A DNA stretch of 64,000 nt from Spironucleus salmonicida. Its lineage: Eukaryota. The stretch lies in the NCBI RefSeq assembly GCF_000497125.1, contig NC_090602.1, positions 186,001 to 250,000 of the forward strand, given 5' to 3'. Numbering within the stretch: position 1 is the first letter of the stretch; each line of letters begins with the position of its first letter. Positions 1 to 12,317 of this stretch are shown piece after piece. The notes beneath the pieces were generated by a model. That model was not told the DNA's origin. It saw only the letters and a list, made by a program, of their open reading frames with translations, and searched no databases. A program made the position numbers and the translations under genes.

Positions 1-155
1 GACAAAAATCTAGATCTTAAAGAAATTTATTAAAATAAGACATTTATCTTTATAAAAATAATGTATGTTTGCTCTTTAAAAATTAAAAAACTCAATAATA
101 TAACTAATCAGGATAATAAGTGGTAATTAAGATATTATACAAATTAGTTAACTGA
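1..155 (+). CDS. 3' end of a hypothetical protein (partial)
   Basis: Frame 3 is open under code 6 (QKSRSQRNLLKQDIY...KILYKLVN) to TGA at 153-155. Confidence 0.45.
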
Positions 156-196
156 TATTTTTAACATTATTATATTATAATTATTCCCTTCTAAAA

Positions 197-922
197 ATGA
201 CCGCCAATCTACGTATTCCCTAAATCTATATCTAACCCAACATAAAATTCCTCCAATTATAATAATTAAGCTAAATATAATCGAAAAATTAGTAGTTGTA
301 CCTCCTCTAATAACGTTCACAATCCCGTTATAAATCAAAAAAACTGTCTAACTGTAAAACCTCAGTAATGGCTACACGAATTCCATTAATTATTTAAACA
401 CTTGGCGATTTTGATGATATTAATTTCGCGTAACCATTTGAGTCTAGAAATAAGTATTTCGATATTCTAGTTCCTGGAACAACATCTAAAATTGACCGTA
501 CAATAGCACAATCCTCATCTGCTGAAGAGGCCGAAATTTAACCAAATGATTCAATTTTTATTAATTATCGTGAACTTTTCCTTAACTTAACGGCTCGTGG
601 TATTGTACTAAATGAACTTATTTTAGTTAATTTTTAAACCTTAAAAACAAGTTAAGATAAGTAAGGGAAAATTATTAAGCTAGAAAGAAAAATGAATTTT
701 AAGAAAGGGAGTATTCTCCGCGATGTGCGCTAAATTGAGGCAGAAAAACGACATTTTAAAGAGTAACTTTTAGAGGCCGGAACAGGATTTAAATTAGCAT
801 ATTTTGATAAACTTCTAGAAGAAAAGTATGGAGAAAGACGTAAGGGATATGAAAACCGTCTTCGAAAACTCATGGAGACATTTTGTAAAATGTATGTTGC
901 GATATATTAAGGAAATTAGTGA
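197..922 (+). CDS. Hypothetical protein, 241 aa
   Basis: ATG follows a C/T-rich patch (ttattcccttctaaaa); open under code 6; ends TAG-TGA (AGTGA). Confidence 0.75.
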
Positions 923-981
923 TTTATATTATTATGTATAATTTAATTTAAATTTAATTAAATAAATTCGCTCTCCAAGAA

Positions 982-1431
982 ATGTCTAAGACTCCAGCAC
1001 ATCATAATATAGGTAACTGGCACTGGGATGAAAAGAGCTTTACAGAATGGTCTAAGACGTATATTAAAGAATTGTTTGAGTTTGTAAAGGATGTTGAAGA
1101 AGGTATTAAGCTTGAAATAACTGTAGACGAAGTTAAAGGCGAGGCTTTTAAAATTGTTCGTAAGAATAAGCTTAGATCTTCATTTGATTTTAAAATTAAA
1201 ATGAAATTTAGTTATTTAGTAGCTGAAAAGGATACTATTAAAGGTACTATTTTATTTGAACCTTTTTGTGACGAAACTGATCCTGAAGACTGGTGTTATG
1301 AGGTCAAGATTGAAAATGTTAAAGAACATAATGCAGATAATGTAGCAGATTGTAAAGCATTGGTTTGTCAGAAGTTATTTATTGACAAATTTTAGACTTA
1401 TGCTGATGAATTCAACAATAAGATGGATTGA
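982..1431 (+). CDS. Activator of Hsp90 ATPase, N-terminal domain only (Aha1-N/Hch1-like), 149 aa
   Basis: NIGNWHWDEKSFTEWSKTYI matches the Aha1 NxNNWHW-x-EK motif; GEAFKIVRKNK follows. Reads through TAG at 1393-1395 to TGA at 1429-1431. Confidence 0.85.
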
Positions 1432-1441
1432 TTAATATTTA

Positions 1442-2410
1442 TCACTCTTAAACTGGATAGTGTTCAACTGAAGTTGGTGGTGAGTAAATAGTATCTTGGT
1501 AAGAAAATTTTTATTGAATATCTGCTTCTATATCTGCAGTTATTGATATAAAATTATTTTATTGATTATTTAGATATTGTCTTATTTCTAAAATCTTATC
1601 TTTTAACTGTTTTATTTGATTTTCATAATTATTGTGTTCTAAATTCTATATAATTATCATTTTTTATTTCATTTTTTGAAATTCTTATTCTTATTCCTTG
1701 AGAGATTAATTTTATTCTATAATAAAAGATATTAATTATGTGATATCATTATAAAAATCTGAAATATTATCTTAAATAATAATCTGTTGGCTATCAAAAT
1801 ATGATGCCAAATTTGTCAAATTTTTTCCAAAACTTGAAAGTAAAGATTTAACTTAAACTTATAACTTCTCTTCATAATTTTATTTTGTCTACTCTTTCTA
1901 GCTTATAACCTAATACTCTAATTTAATATGCTGATTCTCAGATTATAAAGACTATATCTGTTTCGTTTGCTCTTCTATTTCATTTTTATATTTTTGCATA
2001 ATTTCAGGTAGTAGTGATATATCTTTAATATCACAGCTGTTAAGTATTTTTGAAGTTTGAGTATAATTTTATGTAATATTAAACATTTAATAATATTTTG
2101 ATGAAATAATTTTATTTTCTTTATTCATTTCATCGAATTTAGATTAAAGCTACTCCTAATTGCGAGAATCTTCTTTTACCTTTAATTCTAGTTTATCAAT
2201 AATTTAGTATTAAATCTCAAAGTCTTCTTCATAAGATATCAACTTATTTTTCAGTATTTCGTTATTAGATAATAAACATTATTAAGATTTAGATATTTGT
2301 ATAAATTTACTTTTCAGTCCAATTAAGTTTCGTAATATTGATTTAACATCTTTATAATCATTAACTCCTAACTCCCAAGCGATCGTAGAGTATGTACTTA
2401 CAAGTTCCAT
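1442..2410 (-). CDS. Coiled-coil hypothetical protein, 322 aa
   Basis: MELVSTYSTIAWELG...SVEHYPVQE*; E/K/Q-rich; ends GAG-TGA. Confidence 0.75.
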
Positions 2411-2513
2411 TATTTAAGTTAGTAAATATAATATAAGTATATAATACTGTTTATTTTTATTTAAAATACCTTATTGTATATTAAATTTATAATATTATTA
2501 AATATGAAAATAA

Positions 2514-2843
2514 ATGGAAGAAATTTTATCAGATGATGACTTTAAATTTAATTTAAATACTGGTGATTAGATATACACAGTGAAAATCTAACCATTAAAA
2601 ATAAATTTAAATATTACCAGCAGCATTTACTAGTTTAAAATACGAAATGTTTTAGACATTTAGCCAAAGGGGATGCCAGAAATAACATCTCGTTAATAAT
2701 CTTTATAATAGAGATAGAGACCTTTATATACCGATAAAATGAAATCTCCGTGTAAGAGTTTTTATTATGATGTCGGGAAAAATTTTTAGAGTCTAAAAAA
2801 GGCACCTATTGCCAAACTGTATGGATCTGATAGGTTTAAATGA
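2514..2843 (+). CDS. Hypothetical protein, 109 aa
   Basis: MEEILSDDDFKFNL...AKLYGSDRFK*; the stop is part of TGAGTGA. Confidence 0.6.
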
Positions 2844-2952
2844 GTGAAATACGTCCAAGTAGTGCAATCATGTCTTATTTTTGTTTGAATTTATAAAATT
2901 AAAATATATATTAAGTAATATAATATATTTCCTAGGCATAGGAGTTTTTTAA

Positions 2953-4389
2953 ATGGAAAATGAGGAAAATCTAATAGAGTAGCATAATATTGATAAAAAC
3001 TTACATTATATAGCTAGTCATTAAGATTTTCCAAAAATTTCTGACTTATATGTGTAACAGATGCATAATTAAGATAAAATTAACAACATAAAATTTACAA
3101 AATAACAAAAATCATTAGTTTTCAATATTTTATAAAACACATGTATGAATACAGATAAATATTCAGTATATTACGCAGTTTGTATAATCAACTCTCCAAA
3201 AATGCTATACTAAAAATTTGCAAATACTATAACTAATATTTTTCAATAACTTAACTTGCATCCACCTTATGATATGACTTCTTTTTATGTTCAACTAAAG
3301 GAAAAATCTTTATCACATCAACTTTATTAATAGCTAGCTAAGTATTCTGTTAAAATAACGTAATTTGATGAGTTCGAATTTCCTTAATTTCTATAAAAGT
3401 TAGATCCAAATAAATCTCCATAACAAATTTTTCAATTTTATCACGAATTATCATTGAAGTTATAGAGATTCTTTATCTCTCACGGTTAATTACAAAAATT
3501 TTATCCATAAACTTTTACTGATATCCTAAAATATCTCAGAATTGTTGGATTAGATAACGCAAATCGATTTTTACCATAAATCCATACAGGTGCTATATAA
3601 ATGGCCAGTAGTTTTGGCCTTAATATAGAAAAACTTATACAATATGTATAGGCGATCGAAAACTGTTACGGTGAGAAACCTACTTTTGCAGAAACACTTT
3701 GGTTCTCTTGTAAGAAGCAACTTATTAAGAAATATAATTCATATGGAATATTTTTAGCATTAGAATAGGCAAATTAAGTGTATGAGCTTGCAAATGAAAT
3801 TCGTGCTAGAAAACAGTTTGAATACTCTCATTTCATCGTTATCTAAGATCTGTTACTACGTAAATGTAATTGCTTTTATATCTATTAAATAACAAAAATT
3901 TGTCCAATTTGCTTTCACTAGAAACTATAAAAATCACTATTTCTGAACTTCGCACCAAGTCATTTCCCGATAATAATGAAATTGTTCCAGGAAATTCGCT
4001 CCAAAAACAAGCTTTTCTATTGTAAAAACTTAGAAGATTTGTAGTAAATAATCAAAAGCTGCTAAATTATGTATAAATAGCGTAGTTTTGTTGATTACGT
4101 TCTAGGACTTGATAGCTATTAATAAGATGAGTTTCTTTCACATATTCAAGATATTTGCCTGTAGTTGATTTCCAGTCCTTATATCAATGATAGAATGAAG
4201 ATATAGAACTTCGACTAGAGGTTTATTGAACTGATTCATGAATTTTACTGCCTATCATGGATCTAGCTATTTTATTTATAACAAAGTTGCAATTCAAAAG
4301 AATCGCTAGCATATTTTCTTACACGAACAAAGTAATCTATAGATATTTAAAGCGCTAATACCGACGATTTTTAGATTTTAGTTAAATGA
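2953..4389 (+). CDS. Hypothetical protein, 478 aa
   Basis: Translated codon by codon under code 6 with no TGA before 4387-4389. Confidence 0.8.
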
Positions 4390-4435
4390 TTAATTATATA
4401 TATTAATCCTAGTATAATTTTATCCATTTCATATT

Positions 4436-5389
4436 ATGAGCTAAAATAATTTGCAACAGCTTTTAGCTATTAAGAAGATTTTACTGTTAGCATAGATAAT
4501 AGCTAAATCATTAGGAAGAGATATAGTATAACCATAAGATATAAAACTTATCAGAAACCTTAAAAATTCGTAGTAGAAAACAGGGTATGAAGCCCATCCA
4601 TAATAATATTAAATCACGTCTTATGTATCATAGCAACCTAAAATTTTTAAGATTAGAGATCTTTTAGCATAAACATCAGAATAGCCTTAAACAACAATTG
4701 AGATTTATTAAATCTCAAAAAAAGGTTAAGATCAAATCTTGCCTCATCTATATCAGCCGCCGAAGAAACATTAATAATTAACTACAATTCAGCTGTCTTT
4801 GGATTTATTTGGATAAAATTAGCTGTAAAATCTTCTTTTAAATAATATTCTTGATTTATCATATTCAGGACATGCAAGAAGAACATGTTAAGATATTTAA
4901 ACTCGTTTATTTTCAAAAAAGTATACATTAAAGGCAGCTATTAATCTTTATACCATTATGTTGTAAAATTAAGTGGCAGATAGTCGGTTTATTTCTGATT
5001 TCATAAGAGATGCAGTATGTTAAATTTATTTTACAAGAAAATTTAACTAAGAGCTGGATCTACAATTGCTCGGGCAACTTTTTGGGAAGTCAATTTGTCT
5101 TAACCCTGACCCATAGGACTCAAGCAAACGAATTGGCCCTATATTAGATGATATACGACATAATAGCTAATATGCGTTGATGGGGGCTAGGTTTTTAAGT
5201 GCTATTGATGTTGATTATATTATTTATAGTATTTTTGAAATGTTTAAAAAAGGTTATGTTGATAAAAGTTGGGGTATCAGAGATGCACTAAGGAAATGCA
5301 ACTGGGAGAAATTAGAAGCCTATGGTGTAGAAGATTGGTAGAACTTTATAACTGTTTAAGAAACTGGAACAGGAAGTGGTAAAGGATGA
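4436..5389 (+). CDS. Hypothetical protein, 317 aa; possible divergent TAF6-like histone-fold protein
   Basis: Open under code 6. N-terminal KILLLAQIIAKSLGRDIVQPQDIKLIRNLKNSQQKTGY resembles the TAF6 histone fold; product call tentative. Confidence 0.5.
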
Positions 5390-5457
5390 GTGTAAGTGAA
5401 CGATTGCGGATATAATACTATCAAATACAGTTTCAATAAATTCATAGTGAATATGTT

Positions 5458-6078
5458 TCATTCATGATTTTTTTAGGATATAAAATAACTAATAATTAGT
5501 GGATTTAATTAATTTAAAACCTTGTATTTGTACTTTGCTATATTCTTATTCAAATTTGGAATAAATGATAATGGATAATTTATATGGTTTTTAAAAAGAA
5601 TATAAATTGTTGTTTTATTTATTCTAAGTGATTTATTTTTATAACTGGATAATAGATTTAAGGCGATATCAAAATCAACTGGATTGTCAAACAAAATTGA
5701 ATATTCTAAAGATTCTTTATAATATTATATTTAATATTTTTTAAAAACAAGTAATCCTGTTGTTTTCAGTATATAATCTAAAATATTACTCGGCAAACAT
5801 GCTATCTAGTGTATTACATCAACAGACTAATGAATGATATCTTATATTTCAACAAATATATTATACTAATCTATACTGTGATAAGTAATATAACTTAACG
5901 AATCTATATAGTTCTAGGTTTAAGATGGGATATTCACATTATATTTTAGATTAATCCTTAAGATACCGTGTTTTATACATATAAAGATATCAATATCATT
6001 AATATCTGGAATTCTGGCCTCAATATTCTCTTAGTTCTATATTAAACTTCTCAGAATTAAATTATCATATCGAATCAT
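5458..6078 (-). CDS. Hypothetical protein, 206 aa
   Basis: Open under code 6; includes track ORF 5509..5694; head-to-head with the Arp gene across a 52-bp gap. Confidence 0.65.
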
Positions 6079-6130
6079 TTAAATATTATCTTTTTCTTAG
6101 TATAATATTATAATATTCTCCTTCTTAAAA

Positions 6131-7141
6131 ATGTCATATATTATAGACATTGGATCCTACATGACTAGATAAGGTATAACCGGAAATGTACTTCCAGATC
6201 TATAATTTCGTTCTATTTTTCTCACTGAAAGGTATCAAAAAGCATCTATATAGCATGCCTCTAAAGCTAGACAACCATACGGATCACAGTAGATCCCACT
6301 CTATACTCTGGAAAACGCAATCACCTCTGGCGGGAAAGAGTTATTTTCGGGTGCTATTTTTGATCTCCTGCACCACTCCTTGCTGGATATTCAGCTCGAT
6401 AATCTGCTGATTCTGCTACCCCCAACGATCCCTACGCTTGAGCAGAAGATTTTGTTGAATCGTATTTTCGACGAGCTTTCTGTGGACAAGCTTTCCATGT
6501 TATAAACGCCTGCAACGTCTTTGTACTCGGCAGGCCGCGTGGACGGCCTCGTAGTCGACTCCGGCGAGACACTGACACGGGTCTAGTGCGTAATAGACGG
6601 TTTTGCAACTGATCAACTCCTGTAGAAAGGCGCTGGACGCTGGGCGACGCGAGACCTTTTCGACGCCTTTCAGGCGAATGGGCATCTGAGTTTGATCTTC
6701 GACGACGAAAGCCGGCAGATGAACGACGAGGCCGAGTTGTGGTACTGCGATCTGCTCAAATAGCAGATATCTGGCGAGGGCTAAACGCTGCGTTTGCCAG
6801 ACGGCTAGATGGTGCAAATCCCATTAGATGGCTACCTGCAAACGGTAGCTCGGAATGCTGAATCGGTTTGTAGACTCATAAGCCGCGCCGTTGAGGGCCA
6901 GAGCAGTATTTTTAGGACCAAATTGCTATCAAATATCGTTGTTGCTGGCGGTAATAGCATGACGTATACTTTTTAGGAGTAAATGCTGTAAACACTGCAA
7001 AAATAGCACAAAGTCACAATTTTTGCACAGCCAAATAGAAACTCAGCCTAGTGGACAGGTGCATCTGCGATAGCTAGTTTGAGTTCGTTCAAAAGTCAAT
7101 ATTGTACAAAATAGTAGTGGTAAGAAAAAGGCTTCTAGTGA
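6131..7141 (+). CDS. Divergent actin-related protein (Arp), 336 aa
   Basis: Actin-fold motifs IIDIGSYMTRQG, SLYSAGRVDGLVVDSGETLT, LLSNIVVAGGNSM, WTGASAIASLSSF; ends TAG-TGA. Confidence 0.9.
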
Positions 7142-7150
7142 TAAAATGCT

Positions 7151-8320
7151 TCATTCTTAAATTACTTTATTTTTTTCGATTAATGCCTTGGTTTTATACT
7201 CATTATCTATGCAATCAAGTGTCTACTAAAATAAATCCTTACTATTCTTAGCTAACTCAGCGTTAAACCAGTTAATTTCCTTTAAACAATTCTCCTTTTT
7301 GCTGAAAATCGCCTATTTAATTATATCAGAAAACTCATCAGCTTTGGTCATCACCTCAGCGCGTTCACTAAGAACTTAACCGTAAATTCCGTATTCAGGC
7401 CGCGTATCATAACCTTAAAATAGCTATTATTTTAACAGTAAAAATTTACCAGGGGCAGTCACAATATGAGCTTTGTAACATGCCTTTCCGAAAACGGCAT
7501 GAACTATCCAACCAGCAGGTGCATAACCCTGAGCAACAGTAGCTATTGCACCAGCCATATTCCTTATTTAGTTATACAGAAATGATTGACCGTGGACGAT
7601 CAATTTTGAGTAAGCTATACCATTTTCTATTTTTGCTGGCTGGAATTCGATTTGGAGCATCTTACGGAGGGTGGCTGATATAGCATTAAAGGAATCAGAA
7701 GGAGCAAAATTATGATAATGTACTGCTCGCGTCAGAAATGCTAATTAGTTTACTCTATTTAAATTCTCAAGAATTTATTCGTCGAAGATTTTTATTTGAT
7801 CCTCCGGGGCTTCTGGACAGTTAATTTATTTGAAAATAACTGGTGTCACAAGACATTTAAATAGTTGAAAATCACCTGTATCTGGGAGAGTCAACAAGTT
7901 TTCGTTATACTTTTCATCAATTTATCTTGTGGGGAAGAGCATTTAAAGTGGGAACAGATATTCATAATAACGGGATGAACACATCTAACGGCCATTATAT
8001 TTTGGCACAACACGCATAGAACCAATACAACGGATATCCGCTGGGAGTGAGCTATTAAGAGTTTCGTCAAAGTTATCTAATGGTTCACAATCTACTGTAA
8101 AAAGTGCAGATGCAGCGGAAACACCTTTATCTGTTCTGGAAACTCTATCTAACCGAAGGCGCTTCAAATCATCGTCTCTAGCCAACCCAGATTTTACCAA
8201 CGCATTGATCAGTTCAAGTTCAATCGTTTTAACTTTAGTTTATGATGGTTGAATTGCGGATCCTGAATAATTTTCACCAATATAGGCTAGTGCAATTAAT
8301 TTATGAATTGTCTTTACCAT
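7151..8320 (-). CDS. tRNA pseudouridine synthase (TruA/Pus1 family), 389 aa
   Basis: ALAYIGENYSGSAIQ, catalytic RVSRTDKGVSA, LNSSLPADIR, VHGQSFLYNQIRNMAG; continuous under code 6. Confidence 0.9.
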
Positions 8321-8672
8321 TTTGGAGGAAAGAAAAATAATTAATAATTAAATTTACTACATCATAACTGAAAAATATAGTATTTAGATAACGTCTAGTA
8401 ATCATTTTCATTCATATAGAACTCATAACTATTATTCAAAGCAAAGTTATGCCTCAAATTTGTCCATTTCTGATTAAGATTGATACTCATATGTTAATAA
8501 TGCTAATAAAACGATATAAATTTCGTATTGATAATAAAACTAAGAAATAATTTGAAATATATCTGTTTAGTTGCAGTAATGATAAGATATTCCTATATTT
8601 AATCATTGTACTATTAATAACGTAAATATTATTCATTAATATGTGATAAATAGAATATAAAATATAACTTAA

Positions 8673-9530
8673 TCATAAGTCTAAATATCTGATCTCATCA
8701 CAATATTATATTTACTCATCATTAGCTAATAATTTCCATCCATCGCACTCTTAAATAATGCCTCTAACTATACTAGACCCTACAAATTTGCCTTCTCTTA
8801 ACATATGAAATCGTTTATTAAACAACATAGTTCTCAATATTTCAATTCTATCATTATACTACAATGTATTAAGTAAACTTGCAGTCATCTTATCTAACAA
8901 AATATAACTATTCTAAAGTTTAACCTCAATATACTGATTTTCTAATTAAAATTAAACTTTCATACCTTCTAACATTCTAGAGCTAATAATTTCTTTTTAA
9001 ATTAATTCTAAATCCTTAGGTTAATTAAACTATAAATTAATTAAAGGAGTAGTGGTATCTATATATTAAGTTGAAATTATAATATCAATGTTATTTTATA
9101 TATCATAAATACACTACTAAGAATCTTCCATAGATGAATCAAATATGATAACATTTGATTAGATTTATGACATTTAAGTTGAAAAATAAGAAAAACTAGA
9201 GTTTTTAAGTTCGTGTAACCCTTTTAATAATTAAACTAAAAAATCTAGTTAAAAGCCATTAGCATAGATAATAACTTTCTTCGCGGCTGTTTATTTATAT
9301 ATTAAATCAGTATCTATTGGCAATATGAAAATTTTAGCGTCCTATCTTTGAATTTCGCAGATAGGCCCTTTTTAGTCAGAATAAGTTTCAATTAATGTGA
9401 GAGAAGATGAAACATCTAATTGGTTAGTGATTACTTTCTTATTAATCTTTGTGATTCCCTAAATAGGTATTATAGTAAACATCCCTGTTATAAAAAATTC
9501 AGATGATTCTACTATTAATAGCCTATTCAT
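8673..9530 (-). CDS. Hypothetical protein, 285 aa; weak resemblance to Nol9/Grc3
   Basis: Open under code 6; ATG follows ttttcactctaaa; family call tentative. Confidence 0.65.
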
Positions 9531-9566
9531 TTTAGAGTGAAAAACATAATATAGATAATAATTATA

Positions 9567-10975
9567 TCAAGTTTACTTTGTTATATCAAAAAATGTACTT
9601 AGTACAAAAGAAGATATATTAATTAAAATAACGATAACTGTAGCACAAATTAATCCAATAAGTTTGGGTATATTCGGTTTCTTCTTCATCATTGAAACTT
9701 CTTCTTAATTTATATCCGTAACATAAATTGAATTTTACAACTAAGTTTCTGGTATAGCTAGCTACAAATCACTTTAATTATTCTAATTTTAATTAGTTAT
9801 AAATATTTCCCCGATTTCTTTATTTTTGTATAAAAACAATATAGGGAATATCCAGTATTCAATGTACCCTAAAATACTAGCCATAATACTAAAAACTTTC
9901 AGAATATCAGGTATTAGTATACTAAATCCACAGGAAATAAATACAATACAGATCCATATGAGAATATAAACTATATATCCTTTTTAGTATCTTTATTTTA
10001 TTTGAATATTTTCATAAACATGCCTCTTATAGGAAATGTAACAACTACATATGTTAGAAGTATAACCATGGCATAAAGTAGTCTTACAGTTGTCATTGTA
10101 TAGTTTTATGGGACAAAACTTAATAATACATTTGTTGAAATATCACTTCCAAATAGGAAAAGGCATACAAATGCCATCACTACACATAACCCTGATGTAG
10201 CTAAAGTGCCAATAACAATATATTTTTTAAGTAGTGCCCTCCTATATTCACCATCTCCTGGCATATTATTATATACAATAGGGATACTGGCTTAGCATCC
10301 ATATATAGCCTTAAATATTGGAAGTCTTTGCATAATCTCAAAAAATATATAATGCCCTTTTACATGAATTGGGACTGCTAATTACCTTTTGGATGGTAAT
10401 TTAATAATACTCACTACACCATTAATATTGATATCTGTGGTACCAACCTTAGTGGCAATTATTAAAAAAATACAAGCACAAATTACAGCAAAAGCAGCAA
10501 AAGATTGCTTAGCAGTAGATAAATTAGATATCGCCTTTAAACTCTTAAACACAAGAAAACCAGACAATACGACGAAAATAATTATCTTGATATATACTGT
10601 CTTAAAGTTATAATTGGACACAGCGAGAACAAATATGTTGATATAATCTGCACAAATCGAAACATATTAGGTTAAATATCCTAAATATTGAATCACAATG
10701 AATACTTCAACTATATTTGAAAATACTTTTCCAAATAATCCAGTAAGAAGATCAGATATAGTTTAACAACTAGTATAATAACATGCATCCACAATATAAT
10801 TAAACCCAAAAAGAGAATATAAAGCCGTAAATGTGGTAAATAAAATACCTATAGGCCATGCAAGTCTCATATAAATATAAGGTAGGGCGAGAAGCTATGC
10901 ACCTATCATTAAATTGCAAATAGTTAGTGAGACTCTTACCAATTCTTTCGATTTCTATGAAACTTTCAAACTCAT
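9567..10975 (-). CDS. Amino-acid transporter (Aa_trans/SLC38-like) interrupted by a 1-nt frameshift near 9981-9985
   Basis: ICNLMIGAQLLALPY (TM1), IYGCQASIPIVYNNM, many TM helices, VTFPIR. The C-terminal TMs (LIPDILKVFSIMAS...WIFPILFLYK) lie in another frame. Confidence 0.85.
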
Positions 10976-12317
10976 TTTTAAAGATGTAGACCATTTTTAT
11001 TTATTGGAATAATATAATTATATACCTATACGATTTTGTATAGTTTTAAATATTAAACAAGGCACACTAACTATACTAATATGTTATGTTTGTAATTTTC
11101 GATATTGTTAACTTCGCTTACTATAAGTTATCTGATTTTAGAGTTAAATATAAATATAATAATTCTTTAGGCACTGGTGATATTTACTTATTTCATTTTA
11201 AAAATTAGTATCATATAAATTTGGAACCATATATGTATTATAATTATACATCAAATTTATTTGTTTAATCTAATGTAAATATTTTTTAGTTCAACTAATT
11301 TATCGTATCTTTTACCTATACCGTGAATAATAAATTTCATTAACCATAACCAATGAAATTTTATGTTTGATCATCACATAATACTTCCCTTAAATTATCT
11401 ACTTTGCTATAGATTAATTACTTGAAAATGTTAGTAGTACAAATATAATATAGTACTTATTTTAAAAATTAATACCGGTTATTATTTAAAGATAGTGATT
11501 TTAATAATCATAGTAATAAGTTGTTTTATTTATAAAATCACTGATCTGTGCCAAATAGTGATTGTATTTAATGCATAACATTTACAATTTTAATATTATT
11601 ATTTTATTTAGTAATGCATAAATGGAATAATTATCCGACTAATTTAAAACAATAATAAAATTATATATTTTATTAAATAGTAAATGTATAATAATTATAA
11701 AGATGTCAATCCTATGATATAATATCAGTAGAAACTAAAATATTTCATAAAATAATATTAAAGATTAAATATGAATAAGATTATATTTATAAAATGAAAT
11801 ATAAGTAGTAACTAAATTCATTAAAATTATAGAATCTGCATACAATAATTCAAAGACTTATTTATATTAACCATTTTTTGATGTTTTAAGTATTTAATGT
11901 ATGTAAGTTTAATTTAGTTCTAATAATTTATTATAAAAACTATATACTCCATAATATTATTATGATATGAATAAATGTGTAATGTTATTATTTCTGATTA
12001 ACTTAGTTATATTATAGATGATACTTATAATATCTAAAGAATAATTAAGATAATAATAATAATTACATTTTATTGAATTTAAATATGATAGTATAAATAA
12101 TTTAGTAATTAGCTTTGAAGAATGATTATTTTACAATATAACAATATGTTATTTTAATAATAGTTGGTCTGGATTAAATATTTGCTATCATATGTATTAT
12201 TTAGTTCAATTTTACATATAAAATTAATTAAGAAACAAATTATATTAACTTACCTGACTTTAATTAGTATAGTAAAATATTATTAAAATTGTTAATAAAT
12301 TATAAAAATATACTTAC

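Noticed and set aside
6186-6817. Track ORFs 6186..6410 (+) and 6500..6817 (-)
   Set aside because: Off-frame and antisense to the Arp gene.
8362-8676. 104-aa minus-strand ORF whose ATG overlaps the upstream TGA
   Set aside because: No recognisable motifs, competing short ORFs on both strands, and code-6 ORFs of this size arise by chance.
10800-10994. Upstream out-of-frame ATG 19 nt before the transporter start as a regulatory uORF
   Set aside because: 5' UTRs are probably very short, so it may not be transcribed; no further support.
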